From positions 806,001 through 870,000 of the forward strand of contig NC_086097.1 in the NCBI RefSeq assembly GCF_963921235.1: a stretch of 64,000 nt of DNA, read 5' to 3'. Position 1 is the first letter of the stretch. Each line of letters opens with the position of its first letter. Under the pieces are notes generated by a model. It saw only the letters and a list, made by a program, of their open reading frames with translations. It searched no databases and had not been told where the DNA came from. The DNA comes from Mobula hypostoma. Its lineage: Eukaryota. Shown piece by piece: positions 1-15,000 of this stretch. Both the position numbers and the translations under genes were made by a program.

Positions 1-3000
1 CTGTAGTTACATGTGGGTTACAATGACACACTGATGGACTGTAGTTACAAGTGGGTTACAGTGGCACACTGATGGGCTGTAGTTACAAGTGGGTTACAGT
101 GGCACACTGATGGGCTGTAGTTACAAGTCGGTTAGAGTGACACACTGATGGAATGTAGTTACAAGTGGGTTACAGTGACACACTGATGGACTGTAGTTAC
201 AAGTGGGTTACAGTGGCACACTGATGGGCTGTAGTTACAAGTCGGTTAGAGTGACGCACTGATGGATTGTAGTTACATGTGGTTTACAGAGGCACACTGA
301 TCAACTGTAGTTACATGTGGGTTACAATGGCACACTGATGGACTGTAGTTACAAGTCGGTTAGAGTGACACACTAATGGGCTGTAGTTACAGGTGGGTTG
401 CAGTGACACACTGATGGACTGTAGTTTCATGTGTGTCAGTTTGACACACTGATGGGCGGTAGTTACAAGTGGGTCAGTTTGACACACTGATGGCCTGTAG
501 TTACATGTGGGTTAGAGTGACACACTGATGGGCTGTAGTTACAAGTGGGTTACAGTGACACACTGATGGATTGTAGTTACAAGTGGGTTACAGTGGCACA
601 CTGATCAACTGTAGTTACATGTGGGTTACAATGGCACACCGATGGACTGTAGTTACAAGTCGGTTAGAGTGACACACTAATGGGCTGTAGTTACAAGTGG
701 GTTGCAGTGACACACTGATGGGCTGTAGTTACAAGTGGGTTACAGTGGCACACTGATGGGCTGTAGTTACAAGTGGGTCAGTTTGACACACTGATGGACT
801 GTAGTTACATGTGGGTTGCAGTGACACACTGATCGACTGTAGTCACAAGTGGGTCAGTTTGACACACTGATGGACTGTAGTAACAAGTGGGTCAGTTTGA
901 CACACTGATGGACTGTAGTTACAAGTGGGTTACAGTGGCACACTGATGGACTGTAGTAACAAGTGGGTCAGTTTGACACACTGATGGACTGTAGTTACAA
1001 GTGGGTTACAGTGGCACACTGATGGACTGTAGTTGCATGTCGGTCAGAGTGACAAACTGATGGACTAGTTACAAGTGGGTTACAGTGGCACACTGATGGG
1101 CTGTAGTTACAAGTGGGTTGCAGTGACACACTGATGGGCGGTAGTTACAAGTGGGTTACAGTGGCACACTGATGGACTGTAGTTACAAGTGGGTCAGTTT
1201 GACACACTGATGGACTGTAGTTACAAGTGGGTTACAGTGACACACTGATGGACTATAGTTGCATGTCGGTTAGAGTGACAAACTGATGGACTAGTTACAA
1301 GTGGGTTACAGTGGCACACTGATGGGCTGTAGTTTTGAGTGGGTTACAGTGACACACTGATGGGCTGTAGTTACAAGTGGGTTACAGTGGCACACTGATG
1401 GGCTGTAGTTTTGAGTGGGTTACAGTGACACACTGATGGGCTGTAGTTATAAGTGGGTTGCAGTGGCACACTGATGGACTGTACTTACATGTGGGTTAGA
1501 GTAGCACACTGATGGGTTGTAGTTACAAGTGGGTTACAGTGGCACACTGATGGGCTGTAGTTTCAAGTGGGTTACAGTGACACACTGATGGACTATAGTT
1601 ACATGTGGGTTAGAGTGGGACACTGATGGGCTGTAGTTACAAGTCGGTTAGCACACTGATGGGCTGTAGTTACATGTGGGTTGGAGTGACACACTGATGG
1701 ACTGTAGTTACATGTGGGTTACAGTGGCACACTGATGGAATGTAGTTACAAGTGGGTTACAGTGACACACTGATGGACTGTAGTTACAAGTGGGTTACAG
1801 TGGCACACTGATGGGCTGTACTTACAAGTCAGTTAGAGTGACACACTGATGGGTTGTAGTTACATGTGGTTTACAGAGGCACACTGATCAACTGTAGTTA
1901 CATGTGGGTTACAATGGCACACCGATGGACTGTAGTTACATGTGCGTTAGAGTGGCACACTGATGGACTATAGTTACATGTGGGTTAGAGTGGCACACTA
2001 ATGGTCTGTAGTTACAAGTGGGTTGCAGTGACACACTGATGGGCTGTAGTTACAAGTGGGTTACAGTGGCACACTGATGGACTGTAGTTACATGTGGGTT
2101 AGAGTGGCACACTGATGGACTATAGTTACATGTGGTTTAGAGTGACATACTAATGGACTGTAGTTACATGTGGGTTACAGTGACACACTGATGGGCTGTA
2201 GTTACAAGTGGGTTACAGTGGCACACTGATCAACTGTAGTCACAAGTGGGTCAGTTTGACACACTGATGGACTGTAGTAACAAGTGGGTCAGTTTGACAC
2301 ACTGATGGACTGTAGTTACAAGTGGGTTACAGTGGCACACTGATGGACTGTAGTAACAAGTGGGTTACAGTGGCACACTGATGGACTGTAGTAACAAGTG
2401 GGTTACAGTGGCACACTGATGGACTGTAGTAACAAGTGGGTTACAGTGGCACACTGATGGGTTGTAGTTACAAGTGGGTTACAGTGACACACTGATGGAC
2501 TATAGTTGCATGTCGGTTAGAGTGACAAACTGATGGACTAGTTACAAGTGGGTTACAGTGGCACACTGATGGGCTGTAGTTTTGAGTGGGTTACAGTGAC
2601 ACACTGATGGACTGTAGTTACAAGTGGGTTACAGTGGCACACTGATGGGCTGTAGTTTTGAGTGGGTTACAGTGACACACTGATGGGCTGTAGTTATAAG
2701 TGGGTTGCAGTGGCACACTGATGGGCTGTAGTTACATGTGGGTTAGAGTAGCACACTGATGGGTTGTCGTTACAAGTGTATTAGAGTGACACACTGATGG
2801 GCTGTAGTTTCAAGTGGATTACAGTGACACACTGATGGACTATAGTTACATGTGGGTTAGAGTGACACACTGATGGGCTGTAGTTACAAGTCGGTTAGCA
2901 CACTGATGGGCTGTAGTTACATGTGGGTTGGAGTGACACACTGATGGTTTATAGTTACATGTGGTTTACAGAGGCAAACTGATCAACTGTAGTTACATGT

Positions 3001-6000
3001 GGGTTACAATGGCACACTGATGGACTGTAGTTACATGTGCGTTAGAGTGGCACACTAATGGTCTGTAGTTACATGTGGGTTAGAGTGGCACACTAATGGT
3101 CTGTAGTTACATGTGGGTTAGAGTGGCACACTAATGGTCTGTAGTTACATGTGGGTTACAGTGGCACACTGTTCAACTGTAGTTACATGTGGGTTACAAT
3201 GGCACACCGATGGACTGTAGTTACATGTGCGTTAGAGTGGCACACTAATGGTCTGTAGTTACAAGTGGTTTAGAGTGACACACTGATGGGCGGTAGTTAC
3301 AAGTGGGTCAGTTTGATACACTGATGGACTGTAGTTACATGTGGGTTAGAGTGGGACACTGATGGACTGTAGTTACATGTGGACTACAGGGGCACACTGA
3401 TGGACTGTAGTTACAAGAGGGTTAGAGTGACACACTGATGGAATGTAGTTACAAGTGGATTAGAGTGGCACACTGATGGGCTGTAGTTACAAGTGGGTTA
3501 CAGTGACACACTGATGGACTGTCGTTACAAGTCGGTTAGAGTGACACACTAATGGGCTGTAGTTACATGTGGGCACACTGATGGACTGTAGTAACAAGTG
3601 GGTCAGTTTGACATACTGATGGACTGTAGTTTCAAGTGGTTTACAGTGGCACACTGATGGACTGTAGTTGCATGTCAGTTAGAGTGACAAACTGATGGAC
3701 TAGTTACAAGTGGGTTGCAGTGACAAACTGATGGACTAGTTATAAGTGGGTTACAGTGGCACACTGATGGGCTGTAGTTTCAAGTGGGTTACAGTGACAC
3801 ACTGATGGGCTGTAGTTATAAGTGGGTTACAGTGACACACTGATGGACTGTAGTTACATGTGGGTTAGAGTGACACACTGATGGACTATAGTTACATGTG
3901 GGTTAGAGTGACACACTGATGGACTGTAGTTACATGTGGATTAGAGTGACACACTGATGGGCGGAAGTTACAAGTGGGATAGGGTGACACACTGATGGAC
4001 TGTAGTTACAAGTGGGTTACAGTGGCACACTGATGGGCTGTAGTTTTGAGTGGGTTACAGTGACACACTGATGGGCTGTAGTTACAAGTGGGTTACAGTG
4101 GCACACTGATGGGCTGTAGTTTTGAGTGGGTTACAGTGACACACTGATGGGCTGTAGTTATAAGTGGGTTGCAGTGGCACACTGATGTACTGTACTTACA
4201 TGTGGGTTAGAGTGACACACTGATGGGTTGTCGTTACAAGTGTATTAGAGTGACACACTGATGGGCTGTAGTTTCAAGTGGATTACAGTGACACACTGAT
4301 GGACTATAGTTACATGTGGGTTAGAGTGACACACTGATGGGCTGTAGTTACAAGTCGGTTAGCACACTGATGGGCTGTAGTTACATGTGGGTTGGAGTGA
4401 CACACTGATGGGTTGTAGTTACATGTGGTTTACAGAGGCACACTGATCAACTGTAGTTACATGTGGGTTACAATGGCACACTGATGGGCTGTAGTTACAT
4501 GTGGGTTGGAGTGACACACTGATGGAATGTAGTTACAAGTGGGTTACAGTGGCACACTGATCAACTGTAGTTACATGTGGGTTACAATGGCCCACTGATG
4601 GACTGTAGATACATGTGCGTTAGAGTGGCACACTGATGGACTGTAGTTACATGTGGGTTAGAGTGGCACACTAATGGTCTGTAGTTACAAGTGGTTTAGA
4701 GTGACACACTGATGGGCTGTAGTTACAAGTGGGTCAGTTTGATACACTGATGGACTGTAGTTACATGTGGGTTAGAGTGGGACACTGATGGACTGTAGTT
4801 ACATGTGGACTACAGTGGCACACTGATGGACTGTAGTTACAAGAGGGTTAGAGTGACACACTGATGGAATGTAGTTACAAGTGGATTAGAGTGGCACACT
4901 GAGGGGCTGTAGTTTTGAGTGGGTTACAGTGGCACACTGATGGGCTGTAGTTTCAAGTGGATTACAGTGACACACTGATGGACTATAGTTACATGTGGGT
5001 TAGAGTGACACACTGATGGGCTGTAGTTACAAGTCGGTTAGCACACTGATGGGCTGTAGTTACATGTGGGTTGGAGTGACACACTGATGGGTTGTAGTTA
5101 CATGTGGTTTACAGAGGCAAACTGATCAACTGTAGTTACATGTGGGTTACAATGGCACACTGATGGACTGTAGTTACATGTGCGTTAGAGTGGCACACTA
5201 ATGGTCTGTAGTTACATGTGGGTTAGAGTGGCACACTAATGGTCTGTAGTTACAAGTGGTTTAGAGTGACACACTGATGGGCGGTAGTTACAAGTGGGTC
5301 AGTTTGATACACTGATGGACTGTAGTTACATGTGGGTTAGAGTGGGACACTGATGGACTGTAGTTACATGTGGACTACAGTGGCACACTGATGGACTGTA
5401 GTTACAAGAGGGTTAGAGTGACACACTGATGGAATGTAGTTACAAGTGGATTAGAGTGGCACACTGATGGGCTGTAGTTACAAGTGGGTTACAGTGACAC
5501 ACTGATGGACTGTCGTTACAAGTCGGTTAGAGTGACACACTAATGGGCTGTAGTTACATGTGGGCACACTGATGGACTGTAGTAACAAGTGGGTCAGTTT
5601 GACATACTGATGGACTGTAGTTTCAAGTGGTTTACAGTGGCACACTGATGGACTGTAGTTGCATGTCAGTTAGAGTGACAAACTGATGGACTAGTTACAA
5701 GTGGGTTGCAGTGACAAACTGATGGACTAGTTATAAGTGGGTTACAGTGGCACACTGATGGGCTGTAGTTTCAAGTGGGTTACAGTGACACACTGATGGG
5801 CTGTATTTATAAGTGGGTTACAGTGACACACTGATGGACTGTAGTTACATGTGGGTTAGAGTGACACACTGATGGACTGTAGTTACATGTGGGTTAGAGT
5901 GACACACTGATGGACTGTAGTTACATGTGGATTAGAGTGACACACTGATGGGCGGAAGTTACAAGTGGGATAGGGTGACACACTGATGGACTGTAGTTAC

Positions 6001-9000
6001 AAGTGGGTTACAGTGGCACACTGATGGGCTGTAGTTTTGAGTGGGTTACAGTGACACACTGATGGGCTGTAGTTACAAGTGGGTTACAGTGGCACACTGA
6101 TGGGCTGTAGTTTTGAGTGGGTTACAGTGACACACTGATGGGCTGTAGTTATAAGTGGGTTGCAGTGGCACACTGATGGACTGTACTTACATGTGGGTTA
6201 GAGTAGCACACTGATGGATTGTCGTTACAAGTGTATTAGAGTGACACACTGATGGACTGTAGTTACAAGTGGGTTACAGTGGCACACTGATGGGCTGTAG
6301 TTTTGAGTGGGTTACAGTGACACACTGATGGGTTGTAGTTACATGTGGGTTAGAGTAGCACACTGATGGGTTGTCGTTACAAGTGTATTAGAGTGACACA
6401 CTGATGGACTGTAGTTACAAGTGGGTTACAGTGGCACACTGATGGGCTGTAGTTTTGAGTGGGTTACAGTGACACACTGATGGGTTGTCGTTACAAGTGG
6501 ATTAGAGTGACACACTGATGGGCTGTAGTTTCAAGTGGATTACAGTGACACACTGATGGACTATAGTTACATGTGGGTTAGAGTGACACACTGATGGGCT
6601 GTACTTACAAGTGGGTTACAGTGGCACACTGATGGGCTGTAGTTTCAAGTGGGTTACAGTGACACACTGATGGACTATAGTTACATGTGGGTTAGAGTGA
6701 CACACTGATGGGTTGTAGTTACAAGTGGGTTACAGTGGCACACTGATGGGCTGTAGTTTCAAGTGGGTTACAGTGACACACTGATGGACTATAGTTACAT
6801 GTGGGTTAGAGTGGGACACTGATGGGCTGTAGTTACAAGTCGGTTAGCACACTGATGGGCTGTAGTTACATGTGGGTTGGAGTGACACACTGATGGACTG
6901 TAGTTACATGTGGGTTACAGTGGCACACTGATGGAATGTAGTTACAAGTGGGTTACAGTGACACACTGATGGACTGTAGTTAGAAGTGGGTTACAGTGGC
7001 ACACTGATGGACTATAGTTACAAGTCGGTTAGAGTGACACACTGATGGGTTGTAGTTACATGTGGTCTACAGAGGCACACTGATCAACTGTAGTTACATG
7101 TGGGTTACAATGGCACACTGATGGGTTGTAGTTACAAGTGGGTTACAGTGACACACTGATGGACTATAGTTGCATGTCGGTTAGAGTGACAAACTGATGG
7201 ACTAGTTACATGTGGGTTAGAGTGACACACTGATGGGCTGTAGTTACAAGTGGGTCAGTTTGACACACTGATGGACTGTAGTTACAAGTGGGTTACAGTG
7301 GCACACTGATGGGCTGTAGTTTTGAGTGGGTTACAGTGACACACTGATGGGCTGTAGTTATAAGTGGGTTGCAGTGGCACACTGATGGACTGTACTTACA
7401 TGTGGGTTAGAGTAGCACACTGATGGGTTGTAGTTACAAGTGTATTAGAGTGACACACTGATGGGCTGTCGTTACAAGTGTATTAGAGTGACACACTGAT
7501 GGGCTGTAGTTTCAAGTGGATTACAGTGACACACTGATGGACTATAGTTACATGTGGGTTAGAGTGACACACTGATGGGCTGTAGTTACAAGTCGGTTAG
7601 TACACTGATGGGCTGTAGTTACATGTGGGTTGGAGTGACACACTGATGGGTTGTAGTTACATGTGGTTTACAGAGGCACACTGATCAACTGTAGTTACAT
7701 GTGGGTTACAATGGCACACTGATGGGCTGTAGTTACATGTGGGTTGGAGTGACACACTGATGGAATGTAGTTACAAGTGGGTTACAGTGGCACACTGATC
7801 AACTGTAGTTACATGTGGGTTACAATGGCCCACTGATGGACTGTAGTTACATGTGCGTTAGAGTGGCACACTGATGGACTGTAGTTACATGTGCGTTAGA
7901 GTGGCACACTGATGGACTGTAGTTACATGTGGGTTAGAGTGGCACACTAATGGTCTGTAGTTACAAGTGGTTTAGAGTGACACACTGATGGGCTGTAGTT
8001 ACAAGTGGGTCAGTTTGATACACTGATGGACTGTAGTTACATGTGGGTTAGAGTGGGACACTGATGGACTGTAGTTACATGTGGACTACAGTGGCACACT
8101 GATGGACTGTAGTTACAAGAGGGTTAGAGTGACACACTGATGGAATGTAGTTACAAGTGGATTAGAGTGGCACACTGATGGGCTGTAGTTACAAGAGGGT
8201 TAGAGTGACACACTGATGGAATGTAGTTACAAGTGGATTAGAGTGGCACACTGATGGGCTGTAGTTACAAGTGGGTTACAGTGACACACTGATGGACTGT
8301 CGTTACAAGTCGGTTAGAGTGACACACTAATGGGCTGTAGTTACATGTGGGCACACTGATGGACTGTAGTAACAAGTGGGTCAGTTTGACACACTGATGG
8401 ACTGTAGTTTCAAGTGGTTTACAGTGGCACACTGATGGACTGTAGTTGCATGTCAGTTAGAGTGACTCACTGATGGACTAGTTATAAGTGGGTTACAGTG
8501 GCACACTGATGGGCTGTAGTTTCAAGTGGGTTACAGTGACACACTGATGGGCTGTAGTTATAAGTGGGTTACAGTGACACACTGATGGACTGTAGTTACA
8601 TGTGGGTTAGAGTGACACACTGATGGACTATAGTTACATGTGGGTTAGAGTGACACACTGATGGACTGTAGTTACATGTGGATTAGAGTGACACACTGAT
8701 GGGCGGAAGTTACAAGTGGGATAGGGTGACACACTGATGGACTGTAGTTACATGTGCGTTAGAGTGGGACACTGATGGACTGTAGTTACATGTGGTCTAC
8801 AGTGGCACACTGATGGGCTGTAGTTACAAGAGGGTTAGAGTGACACACTGATGGAATGTAGTTACAAGTGGATTAGAGTGGCACACTGATGGACTGTAGT
8901 TACAAGTGGGTTACAATGGCACACTGATGGACTGTAGTTACAAGTGGGTTACAGTAACACACTGATGGACTGTAGCTGCAAGTGTGTTGCAGTGGCACAC

Positions 9001-12000
9001 TGATGGGTTGTAGTTACAAGTCGGTTAGAGTGGCACACTGTTGGGCTGTAGTTACATGTGGGTTACAGAGACACACTGATGGGCTGTAGTTACATGTGGG
9101 TTACAGTGGCACACTGATCGATTGTAGTTACATGTGGGCTACAATGGCACACCGATGGACTGTAGTTACATGTGGGTTAGAGTGGCACACTGATGGACTG
9201 TAGTTACATGTGGTTTAGAGTGGCACACTGATGGGCTGTAGTTTCAAGTGGGTTACAGTGACACACTGATGGGCGGTAGTTACAAGTGGATTGGAGTGAC
9301 ACACTGATGGGTTGTAATTACATGTGGGTTACAGTGGCACACTGATGGACTGTAGTTACATGTGGACTACAGTGACACACTGATGGACTGTAGTTACATG
9401 TGGGTTAGAGTGGGACACTGATGGGCTGTAGTTACAAGTCAGTTAGCACACTGATGGGCTGTAGTTACATGTGGGTTGGAGTGACACACTGATGGACTGT
9501 AGTTACATGTGGGCTACAATGGCACACTGATGGACTGTAGTTACATGTGGGTTAGAGTGGCACACTGATGGACTATAGTTACATGTGGTTTAGAGTGGCA
9601 CACTGATGGGCTGTAGTTACATGTGGGTTACAGTGGCACACTGATCAACTGTAGTTACATGTGGGTTACAATGGCACACTGATGGACTGTAGTTACATGT
9701 GGGTTAGAGTGGCACACTAATGGTCTGTAGTTACAAGTGGTTTAGAGTGACACACTGTTGGGCGGTAGTTACAAGTGGGTCAGTTTGATACACTGATGGA
9801 CTGTAGTTACATGTGGGTTAGAGTGGGACACTGATGGACTGTAGTTACATGTGGACTGCAGTGGCACACTGATGGACTGTAGTTACAAGAGGGTTAGAGT
9901 GACACACTGATGGAATGTAGTTACAAGTGGATTAGAGTGGCACACTGATGGGCTGTAGTTACAAGTGGGTTACAGTGACACACTGATGGACTGTCGTTAC
10001 AAGTCGGTTAGAGTGACACACTACTGGGCTGTAGTTACATGTGGGTTGCAGTGACACACTGATGGACTGTAGTTACAAGTGGGTCAGTTTGACACACTGA
10101 TGGACTGTAGTTTCAAGTGGTTTACAGTGGCACACTGATGGACTGTAGTTGCATGTGGGTTAGAGTGACACACTGATGGACTGTAGTTACAAGAGGGTTA
10201 CAGTGACACACTGATGGAATGTTGTTACAAGTGGGTTACAGTGGCACACTGATGGACTGTAGTTACAAGTGGGTCAGTTTGACACACTGATGGACTGTAG
10301 TTTCAAGTGGTTTACAGTGGCACACTGATGGACTGTAGTTGCATGTGGGTTAGAGTGACACACTGATGGACTGTAGTTACAAGAGGGTTACAGTGACACA
10401 CTGATGGAATGTTGTTACAAGTGGGTTACAGTGGCACACTGATGGGCTGTAGTTACATGTGGGTTAGAATGATACACTGATGGACTGTAGTTGCATGTCG
10501 CTTAGAGTGACACACTGATGGACTAGTTACAAGTGGGTTACAGTGGCACACTGAGGGGCTGTAGTTTTGAGTGGGTTACAGTGACACACTGATGGGTTGT
10601 CGTTACAAGTGGGTTACAGTGGCACACTGATGGACTATAGTTACATGTGGGTTAGAGTGGGACACTGATGGGCTGTAGTTACAAGTCGGTTAGCACACTG
10701 ATGGGCTGTAGTTACATGTGGGTTGGAGTGACACACTGATGGACTGTAGTTACATGTGGGTTGGAGTGACACACTGATGGACTGTAGTTACATGTGGGTT
10801 ACAGTGGCACACTGATGGAATGTAGTTACAAGTGGGTTACAGTGGCACACTGATGGACTATAGTTACATGTGGGTTAGAGTGGGACACTGATGGGCTGTA
10901 GTTACAAATCGGTTAGCACACTGATGGGCTGTAGTTACATGTGGGTTGGAGTGACACACTGATGGACTGTAGTTACATGTGGGTTACAGTGGCACACTGA
11001 TGGAATGTAGTTACAAGTGGGTTACAGTGACACACTGATGGACTGTAGTTACAAGTGGGTTACAGTGGCACACTGATGGACTATAGTTACAAGTCGGTTA
11101 GAGTGACACACTGATGGGCTGTAGTTACATGTGGGTTACAGTGGCACACTGATGGAATGTAGTTACAAGTGGGTTACAGTGACACACTGATGGACTGTAG
11201 TTACAAGAGGGTTAGAGTGACACACTGATGGACTATAGTTACAAGTCGGTTAGAGTGACACACTGATGGACTGTAGTTACATGTGGGTTACAGTGGCACA
11301 CTGATGGGCTGTAGTTACAAGTCGGTTAGAGTGACACACTGATGGGTTGTAGTTACATGTGGTTTACAGAGGCACACTGATCAACTGTAGTTACATGTGG
11401 GTTACAATGGCACACTGATGGACTGTAGTTACATGTGCGTTAGAGTGGCACACTGATGGACTGTAGTTACATGTGGGCTACAATGGCACACTGATGGACT
11501 GTAGTTACATGTGGGTTAGAGTGGCACACTGATGGACTATAGTTACATGTGGTTTAGAGTGGCACACTGATGGGCTGTAGTTTCAAGTGGGTTACAGTGA
11601 CACACTGATGGGCTGTAGTTACATGTGGGTTACAGTGGCACACTGATCAACTGTAGTTACATGTGGGTTACAATGGCACACTGATGGACTGTAGTTACAT
11701 GTGGGTTAGAGTGGCACACTGATGGTCTGTAGTTACAAGTGGTTTAGAGTGACACACTGATGGGCGGTAGTTACAAGTGGGTCAGTTTGATACACTGATG
11801 GACTGTAGTTACATGTGGGTTAGAGTGGGACACTGATGGACTGTAGTTACATGTGGACTACAGTGGCACACTGATGGACTGTAGTTACAAGAGGGTTAGA
11901 GTGACACACTGATGGAATGTAGTTACAAGTGGATTAGAGTGGCACACTGATGGACTGTAGTTACAAGTGGGTTACAGTGACACACTGATGGACTGTAGTT

Positions 12001-15000
12001 ACATGTGCGTTAGAGTGACACACTGATGGACTATAGTTACATGTGGGTTAGAGTGACACACTGATGGACTGTAGTTACATGTGGATTAGAGTGACACACT
12101 GATGGGCGGAAGTTACAAGTGGGATAGGGTGACACACTGATGGACTGTAGTTACATGTGGGTTAGAGTGGGACACTGATGGACTGTAGTTACATGTGGTC
12201 TACAGTGGCACACTGATGGGCTGTAGTTACAAGAGGGTTAGAGTGACACACTGATGGAATGTAGTTACAAGTGGATTAGAGTGGCACACTGATGGACTGT
12301 AGTTACAAGTGGGTTACAGTGACACACTGATGGACTGTAGCTGCAAGTGTGTTACAGTGGCACACTGATGGGTTGTAGTTACAAGTCGGTTAGAGTGGCA
12401 CACTGTTGGGCTGTAGTTACATGTGGGTTACAGAGACACACTGATGGGCTGTAGTTACATGTGGGCTACAATGGCACACCGATGGACTGTCGTTACATGT
12501 GGGTTAGAGTGGCACACTGATGGACTGTAGTTACATGTGGTTTAGAGTGGCACACTGATGGGCTGTAGTTTCAAGTGGGTTACAGTGACACACTGATGGA
12601 CTATAGTTACATGTGGGTTAGAGTGGGACACTGATGGGCTGTAGTTACAAGTCAGTTAGCACACTGATGGGCTGTAGTTACATGTGGGTTGGAGTGACAC
12701 ACTGATGGACTGTAGTTACATGTGGGCTACAATGGCCCACTGATGGACTGTAGTTACATGTGGGTTAGAGTGGCACACTGATGGACTATAGTTACATGTG
12801 GGTTACAGTGACACACTGATGGGCTGTAGTTACATGTGGGTTACAGTGGCACACTGATCAACTGTAGTTACATGTGGGTTACAATGGCACACCGATGGAC
12901 TGTAGTTACATGTGCGTTAGAGTGGCACACTAATGGTCTGTAGTTACAAGTGGTTTAGAGTGACACACTGTTGGGCGGTAGTTACAAGTGGGTCAGTTTG
13001 ATACACTGATGGACTGTAGTTACATGTGGGTTAGAGTGGGACACTGATGGACTGTAGTTACATGTGGACTACAGTGGCACACTGATGGACTGTAGTTACA
13101 AGAGGGTTAGAGTGACACACTGATGGGCTGTAGTTACAAGTGGGTTGGAGTGACACACTGATGGACTGTAGTTACATGTGGGCTACAATGGCACACTGAT
13201 GGACTGTAGTTACATGTGGGTTAGAGTGGCACACTGATGGGCTGTAGTTTCAAGTGGGTTACAGTGACACACTGATGGGCTGTAATTACATGTGGGTTAC
13301 AGTGGCACACTGATGGACTGTAGTTACATGTGGGTTAGAGTGGGACACTGATGGGCTGTAGTTACAAGTCAGTTAGCACACTGATGGGCTGTAGTTACAT
13401 GTGGGTTGGAGTGACACACTGATGGACTGTAGTTACATGTGGGCTACAATGGCCCACTGATGGACTGTAGTTACAAGTGGGTTACAGTGGCACACTGATG
13501 GACTATAGTTACATGTGGGTTACAGTGACACACTGATGGGCTGTAGTTACATGTGGGTTACAGTGGCACACTGATCAACTGTAGTTACATGTGGGTTACA
13601 ATGGCACACCGATGGACTGTAGTTACATGTGCGTTAGAGTGGCACACTAATGGTCTGTAGTTACAAGTGGTTTAGAGTGACACACTGTTGGGCGGTAGTT
13701 ACAAGTGGGTCAGTTTGATACACTGATGGACTGTAGTTACATGTGGGTTAGAGTGGGACACTGATGGACTGTAGTTACATGTGGACTACAGTGGCACACT
13801 GATGGACTGTAGTTGCATGTCAGTTAGAGTGACACACTGATGGGCTGTAATTACATGTGGGTTACAGTGGCACACTGATGGGCTGTAGTTATAAGTGGGT
13901 TACAGTGGCACACTGATGGGCTGTAATTACATGTGGTCTACAGTGGCACACTGATGGGCTGTAGTTACAAGAGGGTTAGAGTGACACACTGATGGAATGT
14001 AGTTACAAGTGGATTAGAGTGGCACACTGATGGACTGTAGTTACAAGTGGGTTACAGTGACACACTGATGGGCTGTAATTACATGTGGGTTACAGTGGCA
14101 CACTGATGGACTGTAGTTACATGTGGGTTACAATGGCACACCGATGGACTGTAGTTACATGTGCGTTAGAGTGGCACACTGATGGACTGTAGTTACATGT
14201 GGGTTAGAGTGGCACACTGATGGACTGTAGTTACAAGTGGTTTAGAGTGACACACTGATGGGCGGTAGTTACAAGTGGGTCAGTTTGATACACTGATGGA
14301 CTGTAGTTACATGTGGGTTAGAGTGGGACACTGATGGACTGTAGTTACATGTGGACTACAGTGGCACACTGATGGACTGTAGTTGCATGTCAGTTAGAGT
14401 GACTCACTGATGGGCTGTAATTACATGTGGGTTACAGTGGCACACTGATGGGCTGTAGTTATAAGTGGGTTACAGTGGCACACTGATGGGCTGTAATTAC
14501 ATGTGGGTTACAGTGGCACACTGATGGGCTGTAGTTACAAGTGGGTTACAGTGGCACACTGATGGACTGTAGTTTCAAGTGGGTTAGAGTGACACACTGA
14601 TGGACTGTAGTTACATGTGGGTTACAGTGACACACTGATGGACTGTAATTACATGTGGGTTACAGTGGCACACTGATGGGCTGTAGTTACATGTGGGTTA
14701 CAATGGCACACCGATGGACTGTAGTTACATGTGCGTTAGAGTGGCACACTGATGGACTGTAGTTACATGTGGGTTAGAGTGGCACACTGATGGACTGTAG
14801 TTACAAGTGGTTTAGAGTGACACACTGATGGGCGGTAGTTACAAGTGGGTCAGTTTGATACACTGATGGACTGTAGTTACATGTGGGTTAGAGTGGGACA
14901 CTGATGGACTGTAGTTACATGTGGACTACAGTGGCACACTGATGGACTGTAGTTGCATGTCAGTTAGAGTGACTCACTGATGGACTAGTTATAAGTGGGT

